Below the pieces are notes generated by a model. That model ran no database searches. It saw nothing but the letters and a program-made list of their open reading frames with translations, and was not told the origin of the DNA. DNA of 64,000 nucleotides, taken from NCBI RefSeq assembly GCF_006345805.1, contig NC_043010.1:10912001-10976000 (forward strand). Reading direction: 5' to 3'. Shown piece after piece: positions 25,568 to 39,661 of this stretch. This DNA is from Octopus sinensis (lineage: Eukaryota). The position numbers and the translations under genes are program-made. How positions within the stretch are numbered: the first letter of the stretch is position 1; each line of letters opens with the position of its first letter.

Positions 25568-26611
25568 AACACATACAAATACACACAGATATTTGTATAT
25601 AATATATATATATGTCCATGTGTGTGTATGTGTGTAATGGGTAGACCAGCTTGCTAATTTACTGAAATTTATAATGATAGTGAGTTTACTAATAAACAGT
25701 GCAGAGGCACACAACAATAAAACAAATTTTAACGAGTTTTAACGAGTTTTAAAAGCCACCTCAAAGAAAAATAAAGGCGCCTCATGAAATAAAAGGAAGT
25801 ATTTTTCTTCTTGGAGAATGGACTCAATATGAAGAAAACTGTCTATTATTTCACACTACAGGAATTTTATCTGGCGGGAAAGGGTTTGATCAATAACAAA
25901 ATTGCTACTCAAAGGCAATTTTATCTCAGAATGTTTCGTGTTTCATATATAAAGTTAAATGAATTCTAAAAATGTTAATTATTCTCACTGCTTGACATCC
26001 AATTTCTGAATAGGTTAAACACAGTTTCCAATCAATATTCCGCTTAGTTGCTCTCTATACTTCTTCTTCTTCCATTATCTTCTTTTTCATTTTGCTGATT
26101 GTAAGACCTGAAGATGCTATCTGGTGGTCTGAATTTTTACCGTGTTACCATATTTTGGCTGAGAGGATTTCGTGCAAGAAGTAGATTTGACACCTTTCGT
26201 ACACATGCGCTTACACACATATTGACATGCACACACAAACGAACATGTACTTATATATATATATATATATATGTAGAAAGAGAGAAAGAGGGCGACCCAC
26301 ACAGGCACATAAATGAACTCACACACACATACACACACACACACACATACACACACACACACACACAAAATGGGTTTTTATGTTGTTTCCATCTATTAGT
26401 TGCATTCACAAAACATTGGTTGCTCCAAGGTTATGGTAGAAGATTTACCCAGTATGTCACACAGTGAGACTCAACCTAAACCTAAAGGTTTACAAAGGAA
26501 ACTTCCTAACCTCAAAGGCATATCTGCACCTATTGTTGTCAGACATACAGTTACAAAAGAATTAGAAGATAAAATTCTCCTTTCAAATAATAATTAGTAC
26601 ATGCTCACCTC

Positions 26612-26920
26612 GTCATCATCATCATTATCATCATCATTTAGCGTCCGCTTTCCATGCTAGCATGGGTTGGACAGTTCAACTGGGGTCTGGGAAGCCAGAA
26701 GGCTGCACCAGGCCCAGTCTGATCTGGCAATGTTTCTACGGCTGGATGCCCTTCCTGACGCCAACCACTCCATGAGTGTAGTGGGTGCTTTTTACGTGCC
26801 AGACGAGGCTGGCAACGGCCACGATCGGATGGTGCTTTTTACGTGCCACCGGCACGGGGGCCAGGTGAGGCTGGCAATGGCCTCAATCAGATGGTGCTTT
26901 TTATGTGCCACCGGCATGAC
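26612..26920 (-). mobile_element. Retroposon family C
   Basis: Match to family C. Confidence 0.75.
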
Positions 26921-27849
26921 TCCAGTCGGGGCAGTGCACACAAGGCCAGGCCATTTGGAGCAGCGCAAACGAGGCCAGTTGGGGCGGCGCATTCATATAT
27001 ATGTAAAACTGAACTAAAGGTAAAACACATTCTAAAACTAAAAAATGTCAAATAACTCATCAAATTTATTCACTGCTCAGACAGTGAGTTTTCAGAATCA
27101 TTAGAGTATATTTGTTTCAATATTCTCTGTACATGAGTTCAAATCAGTAATATAACTGAAGTGAGGTGATGATTGAGTGATCTACCCCAGGTACACTTTT
27201 ATGGATGTGGCACTTCTGGATGAAGACGAGGGCGCAGAACTTCTGTATAGGGGTGACGGTGAGTTAGGAATTTCAGAAAGCTGCCCCACACAGTTCAGAT
27301 TCATATGCTTCACCACTGGTTCAAATCCCACTGCAGTCAACTTTGCAGGTTTGATAAAGAACTAGTCCTGGGTGTTGGATCAGATTGGCAAAATATTTTT
27401 GTGCCTCAAGCAAGATGTATTGCAGCTTCTACTCTGATTCATTAGATTGTGACAGCAGCACCCGTTATGACATTGATATCAAGATTTATTGGTCCCTGGT
27501 ATTCCTTTGGATATCGTGATCAGTGATGTGGAGAAGAGATACTTGCATGTATGGGCAAATAAAAGTGTTACATAAAAATAACCTTGCCACTGATGATGCC
27601 TGTTCTTATGGGAGATATACAGAGGGGCCCTTGTATATTAATATTTGGTATACTCTTTACTCTTACTCTTTACTCTTTACTCTTTTACTTGTTTCAGTCA
27701 TTTGACTGCAGCCATGGACTTATTCTTTGTAAGCCTAGTACTTATTCTATTGGTCTCTTTTGCCAAACTGCTAAGTTACGGGGACATAAGCACACCAAAA
27801 TCGGTTGTCAAGCGATGTTGGGGGGAAAAACACAGACACACAAACACAT

Positions 27850-27892
<43 letters not shown>

Positions 27893-27968
27893 ATAATAAA
27901 TATTAGGGAATAAATCCAAATTTACAGGGAAAAATTTAGGATTGAATCCAATTTTATAGTAAAATATT

Positions 27969-28166
27969 ATATAATATTAATTAGAGACAAAACCACTATT
28001 TTGCAAATCAAACAAGGAAAGACTTAATCAATACATAAAAAAATTTTAATATAAAGTAAATAAATAAATAAATAAATAAATAAATTATTTACTTTATATT
28101 AAAATTTTTTTATGTATTGATTAAGTCTTTCCTGTTTGATTTGCAAAATAGTGGTTTTGTCTCTAA

Positions 28167-28178
<12 letters not shown>
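27969..28178. repeat. Long inverted repeat with an (AATA)n loop
   Basis: atataatattaattagagacaaaaccac... mirrored by ...gtggttttgtctctaattaatattatat. Confidence 0.9.
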
Positions 28179-28204
<26 letters not shown>

Positions 28205-28494
28205 ATCCCTATAATAATTTATATATCCCTATAATATAAAGTTGAAGTAATTATTAGGATTCTGTAAAAGTTAATGAACAATTACAATAAATATTCGGAT
28301 TGTCGATCATAAAATTGATAAACATTCGTGATCAAGTTTTTGATTGATGATGATAAAATAGGTGCATAAGGCTTCTTCTAAATGTTCTTTACCACAATTT
28401 TCTGTCTTTTGGCATTTTATCTTGAGTACTATGCATGTACTTTTGGATCTGGTCTCTAACTCTTTTGAGATGAGTTGTAGTGCATCTGAAAGCT

Positions 28495-28709
28495 AGTTAG
28501 TTAATTAGTTAATTTTTGGCTCAAAATGCAAAAAGCAAGGCCATGTAGGGGGACATGGAGTTATGTACAGGGTGGTGTTCATGTAAAGAGTTCAGGCCAC
28601 TTGTGGTCAAGGGAGACTTTGAACCGAGCGGTCGTCGGCATTTTCACCATCTCGTCCGGCAGCTTATTCCACGGATCCGCAACCCGGACGGAGAAAGCCC
28701 CTCTCCTCT
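28495..28709 (-). mobile_element. 5'-truncated CR1/L2-clade LINE 3' end
   Basis: Encodes GAFSVRVADPWNKLPDEMVKMPTTARFKVSLDHKWPELFT*, a typical CR1 ORF2 C-terminus; (TAAC)n-like tail; TSD TGAAAGCT at 28487-28494 and 28710-28717. Confidence 0.8.
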
Positions 28710-29086
28710 TGAAAGCTGAATATATAAAGCTTGTAATTATTATTCTTTTCTACTCTAGGCACAAGGCTCGAAATTTCTGTGTGTGGGGGGGGTAGTTAAA
28801 AATTTGAAATTGCACACAAACTTTATGATGACCCTGTATAGTAGTATCAAGCAAGTTATAATACACTTGAGTAATGGACATCTAAATGATTTTCAACCAA
28901 ACTCTCAATACTTTGAAAGAGAGAGAAAGTGAGACAATACTAAAATCTCTATAGTCACACACAGCCAAGCAGCAATGAACCAATAAAGGAACCGTTGTGC
29001 AGATGCTCGATGTACTAGAAATAGCAGCTAAATCTACCTTGAATCACACTTCAATGCTTTTAAAAAACAAAACAAGATACATTTTT

Positions 29087-29463
29087 TTACTTGTTTCAGT
29101 CATCAGACTGCAGCCATTCTGGGGCACCACCTTGAAGAAATTTTAGTTGAATGGATCAACACAAGCACTTGATTTTTTTTTTTTTGCTAAGCCTGGTACT
29201 TATTCTATCTGTCTCTTTTGCTGAGCCACTAAGTTACGGGGGGTGTAAAGATACAAACACCAGTCGTCAAGCAGTGATGGGATCACAGACAGAGACCCAA
29301 AGACACACACACACACACACATATGATGGACTTCTTTCAGTTTCCATCTACCAAATCCACTTACATAGCCTGAGGCTAAGTAGAAGACACTTGCCCAAGA
29401 TGCCATGCAGTGGGACTGAACCCGGAACCATGTGGTTGAGAAGCAAGCTTCTTACCACACAAC
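29087..29463 (-). mobile_element. SINE family A
   Basis: Reverse-complement match to family A. Confidence 0.75.
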
Positions 29464-30344
29464 CAACCAATTGGACAAAGTATAAATCAAAAAGCAATGC
29501 TTGAACATTTAATATCTCAGTTGTAAATAGAATACTTTAATCATGAAACTGGAATATTTCTTTCTCGGAAACAAGGACAATATGAAAGTGTGATTGAATT
29601 TAGCAAGCTAATGTGTCTTTTATTCTTTTATCTTTTTATTTGTTTCATTCAATGGAGGGTGGTCATGCTGAGGCACAGGGTTGAAGGGTTTTTAATAGAA
29701 CAAACCAACTCAAGTACTTATTTTTTAACTCTGGTATTTGTGGCGTTAGGAAGGGCATCCAGCTGTAGAAACACTGCCAGATCTGACTGGCCTGGTGTAG
29801 CCTTCGGGCTTGCCAGACCCCAGTTGAACCGTCCAACCCATGCTAGCATGGAAAGCAGACGTTAAACGATGATGATGATGATGATGATTTATTCTATTGG
29901 TCTCTATTGGCAAACTGCTAAATTATGGGGACAAAAACAAACCAACATCAGTTGTTAAACAGCACTGGTAGGGGTCAAACATTGGTACTAGAACATACAC
30001 CCACACCTACATACAACAGGCTTCTACACAGTTCCCATCTACCAAATTCAATCACAAGGCATTAGTAAGTCCAAGGCTATAATAGAAGACACTTGCCCAA
30101 GGTGCTGCACTGTGGGACTGAGCCCCAAATTACATGGTTACAAAGCAAATTTCTTAACCACACAGCTAAACTTGGGCTTGGGAAATAAAATGTAAAAAAA
30201 GAAAAAGGAAAGGGACAGTCATAACTGAATCACAATTCATCATAGGTCAACTGGATCAGGGACCAGAACTAACCTGGGGTTAAACGACCACAACAAGCAC
30301 CATTGAGACCACATGAATCTTAATTATACAAAAATGTTATATCG

Positions 30345-31545
30345 CTACCATCACCACCACCACCAATAACCACCACCATAACCACCACCACCACCACCAT
30401 AACCACCACCACCACCACCAACAACAACAACACCAACAACAACACCACCACCACCACCACCACCACCACCACCACCATAACCACCACCATAACCACCACC
30501 ACTACAACCACCATAACCACCACCATAACCACCACCACCACCATAACCACCACCACCACCACCACCACTACCACCACCACCACCACCACCACCACCACCA
30601 CCATCACCATATCCCGTGTGTCTATTAAGCTATGCTTCCTTGATAATCATCCCCGTTTTACATCAGATGTCAGAATAAGAGAAAGGAACAAGGGTAAAGA
30701 ATATAAAGTAATTAAGCATTTGCTAATTAAAAAGAAAATATACAGAATGGTTTCTGGATAGCAGCAATTAATTTATATCTGTCATGATAAAACCATCGTC
30801 CTAAGCACCAGCATCCATCCACCTCCCTCATCTCATTATTATGACTGTTGAAATGTGTAGTTGCTGTCATCACCATAATCGTCATCGTGGATCATCGTTG
30901 TTGTAGGTGTCGTTGCAGTCACTTCCCCCTCCATCCTCGACCCTCTCTCCATTGTGATTATTGTCGTCATCACCACCTCTATCATTGTCGTTCTTCTTCA
31001 TTTTCGTCGGCACACCGCAACCGCTGCACCACCCACCACCACCACCACCACTGCTAACAGCAACAACAACAACAACAACAACACTATCGTTGTCATCAAT
31101 TTCATCCTCACTGTTGCTATCATCATCATTATTATTGCCATCACCACCACTGCACCATCATCATCGCCATGACTACTACTATTATCCTCATCATCATCAT
31201 CATCATCATCACCACCATTATCATCACCAAAACCGCATCACCATCATCAACAACCACAGCATAAACACCAACACCAACACTAACAACACCAACATTACCA
31301 CCACCACCACCACTATCATCGTCGTTGTCGTCGGTGTTGTAATCACCACCACCACCACCACCATCATCATCATCATTAGCATCAAATCCATGTCCAGGCT
31401 TAATTCTTGCAACAACATTACAACAAACAATAATTATTACCAGCACACTGCAATTACCACTACCACCACAATGACTACCACTACAACCACCACCAGCACA
31501 AACCCACCACCAAACCCACCACAGCCACAACCATCACCACCACCC
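30345..31545. repeat. (CAC)n/(CAT)n/(CAA)n low-complexity tracts
   Basis: Direct inspection. Confidence 0.9.
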
Positions 31546-31959
31546 TTATCATTTTCCTAATACACAAGATCCCACCCTCTCGATATGTATCAGTAGCCCT
31601 TTCATATTGCTACAATCTTTGTTGTGGCATAGTATCAGTCAAAGGAAAATCCAGATTTCTTTGTGCCCCACCCATGCTGCAGAATGATTCTCCCTGGTTC
31701 AATGATTTCTGAAGGGGAAAAAATGTTCAATCGAACTACATAGTGTAAGAGTACTTGGTATTAGAAATAAAAATTTTTGTGCACAAAACATACAAATATG
31801 TGAGGTTCTGGGTTTTTTTTAGCCAGCCAATACCTATCATGGTGTTATAGTTGCACTATTGTGACATAGAAACATTTTGATCCCTTGACATTTTAAGCAT
31901 CGCACGTAATGCTAGAGTGTGTGCTGCATGATGCAGCCCTTAAATTTGCTATCAACAAC

Positions 31960-32400
31960 TTTGGTTCCCTAGAATATACAGGCTTATGCAGCTGATTCAA
32001 AAGTGCTGTCCCTATAAAAGCCAACCCGCAAACTAATCTCCTAAGAATATACAGGCTTATGCAGTTGATTCAAAAGTGCTGTCCCCATAAAAGCATTGCT
32101 CTCCATCCCTAGGTCCCCAAGCCTATATAGGCTTATAAAAGCAAACCCATAAGTACTTCCCCATAAGGTATAGTCTGATGATGGTTGCCCCTCTTGTTAT
32201 CTATCCCTGGGTCCCTAAGTCTATTACAGGCTCATAAAGCAGACCCAAAAGTGCTGCCCCATACAAATTTTGGCTTAAGCAGGCTGCTCCTCTCTCTCAT
32301 TCCATCACTGACTCCTTAAGTTTATATAGGCTTCTACAGCAGACTCAAAAGTGCTGCACCCATGGAAGCATTGCTCAGAGCGGGCCACCTTTCTTGCCCT
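31960..32400 (+). repeat. Degenerate tandem repeat (about 5 copies of ccta.g..tatacaggcttat...caaaagtgctg)
   Basis: The motif recurs at about 31967, 32040, 32115, 32213 and 32314. Confidence 0.6.
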
Positions 32401-33234
32401 CTTCCCTAGCAATAATACTGCTTGCAGAGCTCATCCTTTCCAGCTGAGAAAGACAAAATATCAAGAAAGAAAGAAGCAATGCCAATACTGAGCAATAGCT
32501 TATTTGTTAACCATTGAAAGATCCAGGGCAAAATGCAGAGCCTGAATGAATAGAATTAATACAATAAGGTGTTGTATATATATTTATACATACAGTGCCA
32601 CCTCGACTGGCTTCCGTGCCGGTGGCATGTAAAATGCACCAATCCGACCATGGCCATTGCCAGCCTCGCCTGGCACCTGTGCGGGTGGCACGTAAAAAGC
32701 ACCCACTACACTCACGGAGTGGTTGGCGTTAGGAAGGGCATCCAGCTGTAGAAACATTGCCAGATAAGACTGGAGCCTGGTGCAGCCTTCTGGCTTCCCA
32801 GATCCCCGGTCGAACCGTCCAACCCATGCTAGCATGGAGAACGGATGTTAAACGATGATGATGATGATGATGATACACACATAAATAAAATGAATGCATG
32901 TGAGTATGTGTGTGTGTGTGTGTGTGTAAGACCTCCAATGAACAGCATAAGACTGGAGGAGCACAAAGAAAATGTGAGTCACACAAGTCCAGAGTCAACT
33001 CTTTGCCTTCATTCTCCACAGACCACCAGTGCCCGACCTGCAGTAGAACCTTATAGAGCTTGTATTAGACTGATCAGCTTCAGCTAGACACACTGTAACC
33101 CCTCTTTTCCCATGTGATGTCCTGATCATCATCGATGACAGATTAATATTATTATGCTTAGATTAGCTAGATGGTAATGTGTTAAAGTTGTGTCCTTGTT
33201 ATAGCCTGTAACTTAGTTCAACAAAATATAGGTA

Positions 33235-33640
33235 GGCACAGGAGTGGCTGTGTGGTAAGTAGCTTGCTAACCAACCACATGGTTCCAGGTTCAGTCCCAC
33301 TGCATGGCACCTTGGGCAAGTGTCTTCTACTATAGCCTCGGGCCGACCAAAGCCTTGTGAGTGGATTTGGTAGACGGAAACTGAAAGAAGCCCGTCGTAT
33401 ATATGTATATATATATATGTATGTGTGTGTGTGTTTGTGTGTCTGTGTTTGTCCCCCTAGCATTGCTTGACAACCGATGCTGGTGTGTTTATGTCCCTGT
33501 CACTTAGCGGTTCGGCCAAAGAGTCCGATAGAATAAGTACTGGGCTTACAAAAGAATAAGTTCCGGGGTCGAGTTGCTCGATTAAAGGCGGTGCTCCAGC
33601 ATGGCCGCAATCAAAATGACTGAAACAAGTAAAAAGAGAA
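33235..33640 (+). mobile_element. SINE family A, full-length
   Basis: Near-identical to 20239-20645. Confidence 0.85.
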
Positions 33641-34915
33641 ACAAAAAGAGAAAGAGATGGTAAAATAAATATTGGGAGCAATATGAGTGGCTAACATTTT
33701 TTTCAAGAAACTGCCCCAGCATGGCTGCAGACCAGGAGTGAAACCAGCGAACACTCATAGCACACATAAGAAAACTCTGAAAAAAAGTAATTAAGAAATA
33801 ATGGAATAAAGTGCAAGGAATGTCCACTGTTTATTCTTATAGAGAAGAGTACAATAAGGGGCAGCAGTGACCAGTGTGTTGTTTACAGTGTCAAAATATT
33901 CTCTAAAGGAATTATTGATCTTCACTCTGTTTCTTCTAGTTCCATGCATTGACTTGACAGATTCGATGAATATTTCATATATTCACAGCTTCTGCAATAG
34001 AGATGTGCCTGTTTTGTGGTTGAGGTATTGTATTTATGGTCGAAAGGTTAGATATCCAAGCATTGCTTCATGACTTGTATTATGCCCTATTGAGAGGCAC
34101 TGTCCAACGCAATTGAATAGAGACAAATTGTTGTAAAAATCCTGTAAAAAAAAAACCCACCTTTCCACGATTTTTATAAATCTTTTTTAATCTATTTCTT
34201 TATTCCTAAAAATCTTTGCTGATCCATTCTTTATACACAACCTTAAGACATCTTTATCTCTCTGCTGAAAGTTTTCTCATTTTTTTTTTTTTTCTATGTT
34301 CTAAATGTATGTTTATTCCTACGGTTGCTTTTTATGCTATCATCATATATCCTTTGCTAGCAAACTATCAATTACAAATATCCAATACATTTTTTTCTTA
34401 TATAGCTTTCAATCAATCTTCTACTTCTTTAAAATAACTATATCAGTCAATTTGGTCAATATACATATTCTCCTTGCTCACTTTCTGAAGTCCCTAGCAA
34501 CTATTTGCTTTGTATCTGCTAACTCAAGTGCTTTTCACATAAAATGTGCTCCTAAAGAACCAAGACAATGTAATGTGCTATTCGGAATGGCACAGAGCTG
34601 GAGAAATTTCCTTATCTGAACCTGTTTAATAAAAACTAACATAATGATGTATTCAGCAAGAATGTATCCCATGGTTATGACTCAAAAGGATGGATCAAAT
34701 CATGTTTTTAATGCATGAATTAATTTTTTATTGCCACTAAATGAAGCTAGCTATATGGTAACCAACTACTTTTATACATTGTAGTTTTTCATGTGATTTT
34801 TCGTACATTCTTTACTGGATACTAACATTTCAAATGAATATGTTACTAAACTATAAGAATCAAAAAGAAAAGCGGGATATATACATACATATATATATGT
34901 GTGTGTATGTATATA

Positions 34916-34950
<35 letters not shown>

Positions 34951-34955
<5 letters not shown>

Positions 34956-35158
34956 GAATGAAGAAAATGCTGACAAATAATTGAAGTAATTTAAGTAATT
35001 TAATTAGGTGAAAGTTCTTTTACCGGTTGTGCATTTGTTATGCTTATCAAAATATTTTGATAAGCTAACAAATGCGCAACCGGAAAAAGAACTTTCACCT
35101 AATTAAATTACTTAAATTACTTCAATTATTTGTCAGCATTTTCTTCATTTCCTTTTTT
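34951..35158. repeat. ~208-bp near-perfect spacerless palindrome adjoining (TA)n
   Basis: Arms are reverse-complementary around caaaat|attttg at 35053/35054. Confidence 0.9.
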
Positions 35159-35231
35159 ATATATCACCACTCGTGTTCGACATCTCCTTTTTTTAAATAT
35201 ATATATATATATGTAATATATATATGTATGA

Positions 35232-35262
<31 letters not shown>

Positions 35263-35526
35263 ATATATTATATATAATATATATTATATATATATATTAT
35301 ATTAAATTAGAGATAAAACCACTATTAGGCAAATCAAACAATGAAAAACTTAAGCCAATACATAAAATTAATTAATTTATATTATTTTAAATATATATCA
35401 AAAGTATTAAAAGTTTAATAAAAGATAATGAGTAAAATTTAATATAATATAATATTTTACTATAAAATTGGATTCAATCCTAAATCTGATTTTTCCCTGT
35501 AAGTTTGGATTTATTCCCTAATATTT

Positions 35527-35564
<38 letters not shown>

Positions 35565-35585
35565 AATATATATATATATATATGC

Positions 35586-35650
<65 letters not shown>

Positions 35651-37391
35651 ACACATATATATAAGACCTTAGTAATCCATATGGGATGGATTCTTAGAAA
35701 GTTGTCAGTCACAGCAAAAGGATTATCCCCGGCTTTGTTCATCTATTGAAATTGAAATCCAAGTGATTTAGTGGTCAAAACAAAGTGACGACTAAATGGT
35801 TTAATAATGGATATCAAATGTTTTGGGAAAGAGTTTTAATTAAAATCCTATGACAGTGATTGGATGATGATTCATGTCATCTTATGTGTAATTCAAAAGG
35901 ATTAAGGTAGAACAACTGCACTATTTACTATATGTTTCAGCATGTTTCTTCAGTTTTTCTAAGATCAATACATGCATGCATTACATTAGCACATTTCTCC
36001 TGGCTTTATCTCCGTTTTCTCTGATATTCAATTGTTCTGACCACCCACTTGGACAAAACAACCTTGTTTAGACTCATTTACTTAGCTGTTGCATTAATTC
36101 AGAGAACTTGAAATGCACACAATTCATTATTTAACTGGCTGCTGAATCACACCACTTCTATTCTGACAAGAGCTCTATTCTCTCTACTTTCACTTTCGTT
36201 TACATGCCTACAAAGAATAGGATCCACTTAGAATCACTAACTGAATTCTACAGCAAACTTGCAATAATTGACCGGTTTTGAGTGTATTCAATCTATTAAG
36301 AAAGAAAAACAGCCAAAGTTCTCTGCTAATTGTCAGACTCCTTGTGAATAGTTCTCATTTGGAAATGGTATTCTTTCCATTAAACCAAAGTATGTATCGG
36401 AAACTATTTCACAGAGTTTACAACCAAGGAAAAGAAAAGCCAATCCTTCAATAGAGAATTTTGTTTGAATTCTAAGCATTTTTTCCAGTTATCAAATGGA
36501 AATTCCGTTGACCTTTGATTCTTTTGTACAAAGATAAGGACTTATGTAGGAAAAGAATTAAAGGAGGGAAAAAATAAAAGATTAAGACCATTTTCTTTGA
36601 CCTTCTTTATGCTTGAGAGAAACTGCTTTCCTCTCCCATCCTTTCTTTCCCCCCTTCCTTCCTTCCTTCCTCTCCATCCTTCTACTTTCTGACTTCAGGC
36701 TTGTCTGTCTGTTCATAGATCTAGTTGAAAATATATTCTTAACATTTCATTGTCTCTCTCTCATCAATAATGTTCCTCCTTTAGAATTCCAACTGTTTCA
36801 TTCAAGAATGCCCTTTCCCACCATTCTCTTCACTCTCCCAATCACCATATCTGTTACTTTCTTCCTTTCATTCCCAAGCTTTCTTACATTGTCTCTTTTG
36901 CTTTTTGTCTCTCTTTATGTATTCTTCCTTTTCACTCGATCTCTTTCTTCTTTTATTTTTTCACCCACACTCAAACATCTAAAAGCGCTATCTTCCTCTC
37001 TCTCTCTCTCTGTCCACTTCTCCGTTTCTTCCACAAGCCCTATCTTTCTTTCTCTTTCACTTTCCTCTACCCCACTCTCTCTTTCTCACTCAATCTATCT
37101 ATCTATCTATCTCTTTCTCTCTTTCTTACTCATACACACATACACACACACACACACAAACACACACAAGCACAAAGAATATGAAAAGACATGGAGTCTT
37201 AAAGAAATACACATAGAAATTCTCTTTTACCCACAGCTTACACTACAGTTGCCCATATTTCTCAGGCATCTTCTTTCTCGTTATCTATATTTGTCTGTTT
37301 GTCTGTCTGTCTGTCTATTTATATGTATATATATTTTATATTACATATTTATATATTATTGTATATATATATATATATATATTATATTATA

Positions 37392-37431
<40 letters not shown>

Positions 37432-37452
37432 TATATACATATATATATGTAT

Positions 37453-37487
<35 letters not shown>

Positions 37488-37786
37488 CATACATATAAAT
37501 ATTTATATATATATATCATCATCATTTTTTAACGTCCGTTTTCCGCGGTAGCACGGGTTGGATATATATGTATGTATATATATATATGTGTGCGCGCGTG
37601 TGTGTGTGTGTGTGTACACACATGTACACATGCACACACACATATAGGCATGTGTGAATGTATATGTTTTATAAACACAGACACAGAAACATCAATGTGT
37701 GGGTATGTACATACATAAACATGTCTTCACACACACACACACACATATATATATATTATATATATATATATATATTATATATTTAT

Positions 37787-37830
<44 letters not shown>

Positions 37831-38331
37831 TATATACATTTATGCTTACATGGTTCCATTCAGTTCAGTCTCATTTGCATTGGAAATCCTAAAACTTTTA
37901 GCAATTGCCATGCAATAGAAATACTTTCAAGACCCATATTCAAGATGTTCTATACCACTGCAATATCATAATTTATCAAATTCATTAACGAAGCAACACT
38001 GCATTATATTGTGTGTTGAACATCGGTTGTAACAATAACATTTATTTGCTTCACATATAGAACAAGAGGAATAATTGGTGCTGTTTGTTCATGTAAAGCT
38101 TGCGAAAGAAGAGGAAAACCAAGAAGATATAGGCCTAGGCATTGTTGTATTGTTAAGAAGTCAGTTTCATGGACATGTCATTCCAGTTTCAATATCCATG
38201 TGCACTGCATAAAATTGTAGGCAAGTGTTTTTGTACTCCTGCTGGATCAATGGTGTCGAACAATAACTTGCAAGGGAAATTTGTTTGATGCAAACTATCT
38301 GAACCCCTGTGATCTATATACATATATAGTT

Positions 38332-38562
38332 AAGGTGGCGAGCTGGCAGAAACGTTAGCATGCCGGCGAATGCTTAGCGGTATTTTATCTGCCGCTACGT
38401 TCTGAGTTCAAATTCCGCCGAGGTCGACTTTGCCTTTCATCCTTTCGCGGTCGATAAATTAAGTACCAGTTACACACTGGGGGTCAATGTAATCGACTTA
38501 ATCCGTTTGTCTGTCCTTCTTTGTCCCCTCTGTGTTTAGCCCCTTGTGGGTAGTAAAGAAAT
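38332..38562 (+). mobile_element. tRNA-derived SINE family B
   Basis: Head agctggcagaaacgttagc...gagttcaaattcc, core gtcgactttgcctttcatcctttc, tail tagtaaagaaata; matches 38928-39160 and 60229-60461. Confidence 0.8.
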
Positions 38563-38927
38563 ATATATACATATATACGTATGTATGTATATAGATGCCA
38601 GGTCATATATATATATATATATGTGTGTGTGTATACATGCATACATACATATATACATATACACACATATACATATATATGTAAAGAAAATTTAGATTCT
38701 TGATAAACCCATGCTTATCCTTGTCTTTACCTATAATTTATGAACATAATATGCTTGCATATGTATGCCCATGGTTAAACATAGGTGATATACCGGTAGT
38801 ATAATGAATCCATCTATCCCTTAGATGGTTATTTTAAACTCTAACTCAGCAAGCCTACATACACATATATGTACATAAATGTGTATAAATACTTATATAT
38901 ACATATATATAATATATATATATATAG

Positions 38928-39160
38928 AAGGCGGTGAGCTGGCAGAAATGTTAGCACACCGGGCGAAATGCGTAGCCGTATTTCGTCCGCCGTTACGTTC
39001 TGAGTTCAAATTCCGCTGAGGTCGACTTTGCCGTTCATCCTTTCGCGGTCGATAAATAAAGTACCAGTTATGCACTGGGGTCAATGTAATCGACTTAATC
39101 CCTTTGTCTGTCCTTGTTTGTCCCCTCTGTGTTTAGCCCCTTGTGGGTAGTAAAGAAATA
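38928..39160 (+). mobile_element. SINE family B
   Basis: Near-identical to 38332-38562; flanked by (TA)n. Confidence 0.8.
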
Positions 39161-39561
39161 TATATATATACATATATATATATATTATATCAATCTGTCT
39201 ATCCGTCTATCTACCTCTGTCTCTCTTTCTCTCACTTTACACACACACACACACACAAACACATAGACATGTACATATATACATGTAGGCATATAGTACT
39301 ATCTTAACCAATATGACAGTAAGCAATCATTCCAGAAGATATAGCTCTCTACTTTTAGCTGGTCAAGTAACCACATACAGATTCTTTTCAAACTGTGCAT
39401 AACTGATGCAATTCATTGCATTGCATTGAATCTCTGTAAATCTGAGTGTAAAAAAAAAACAATAGTTAACACAATAAGTGCTAGACAGAAATGGCTACAA
39501 GAGTCAACATGGTTGACTAAGTCCCTTTTAGGTGGAGCCACAGCAAGGCTGGCTATATCCA

Positions 39562-39661
39562 NNNNNNNNNNNNNNNNNNNNNNNNNNNNNNNNNNNNNNN
39601 NNNNNNNNNNNNNNNNNNNNNNNNNNNNNNNNNNNNNNNNNNNNNNNNNNNNNNNNNNNNN
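39562..39661. other. Assembly gap (100 N)
   Basis: Run of N; the true distance across it is unknown. Confidence 1.

Noticed and set aside
27586-27655. CTGATGA after gcca
   Set aside because: No GAAA, stem III or stem I partner before the adjacent SINE.
33860-34620. Possible highly decayed LINE RT/endonuclease traces on the minus strand (RVKINNSFREYF, QIVARDF)
   Set aside because: Too fragmentary to call without a profile search.
36613-37551. 312-aa hydrophobic ORF
   Set aside because: Pyrimidine-rich low-complexity DNA running into microsatellites; non-ATG start and no domain motif.
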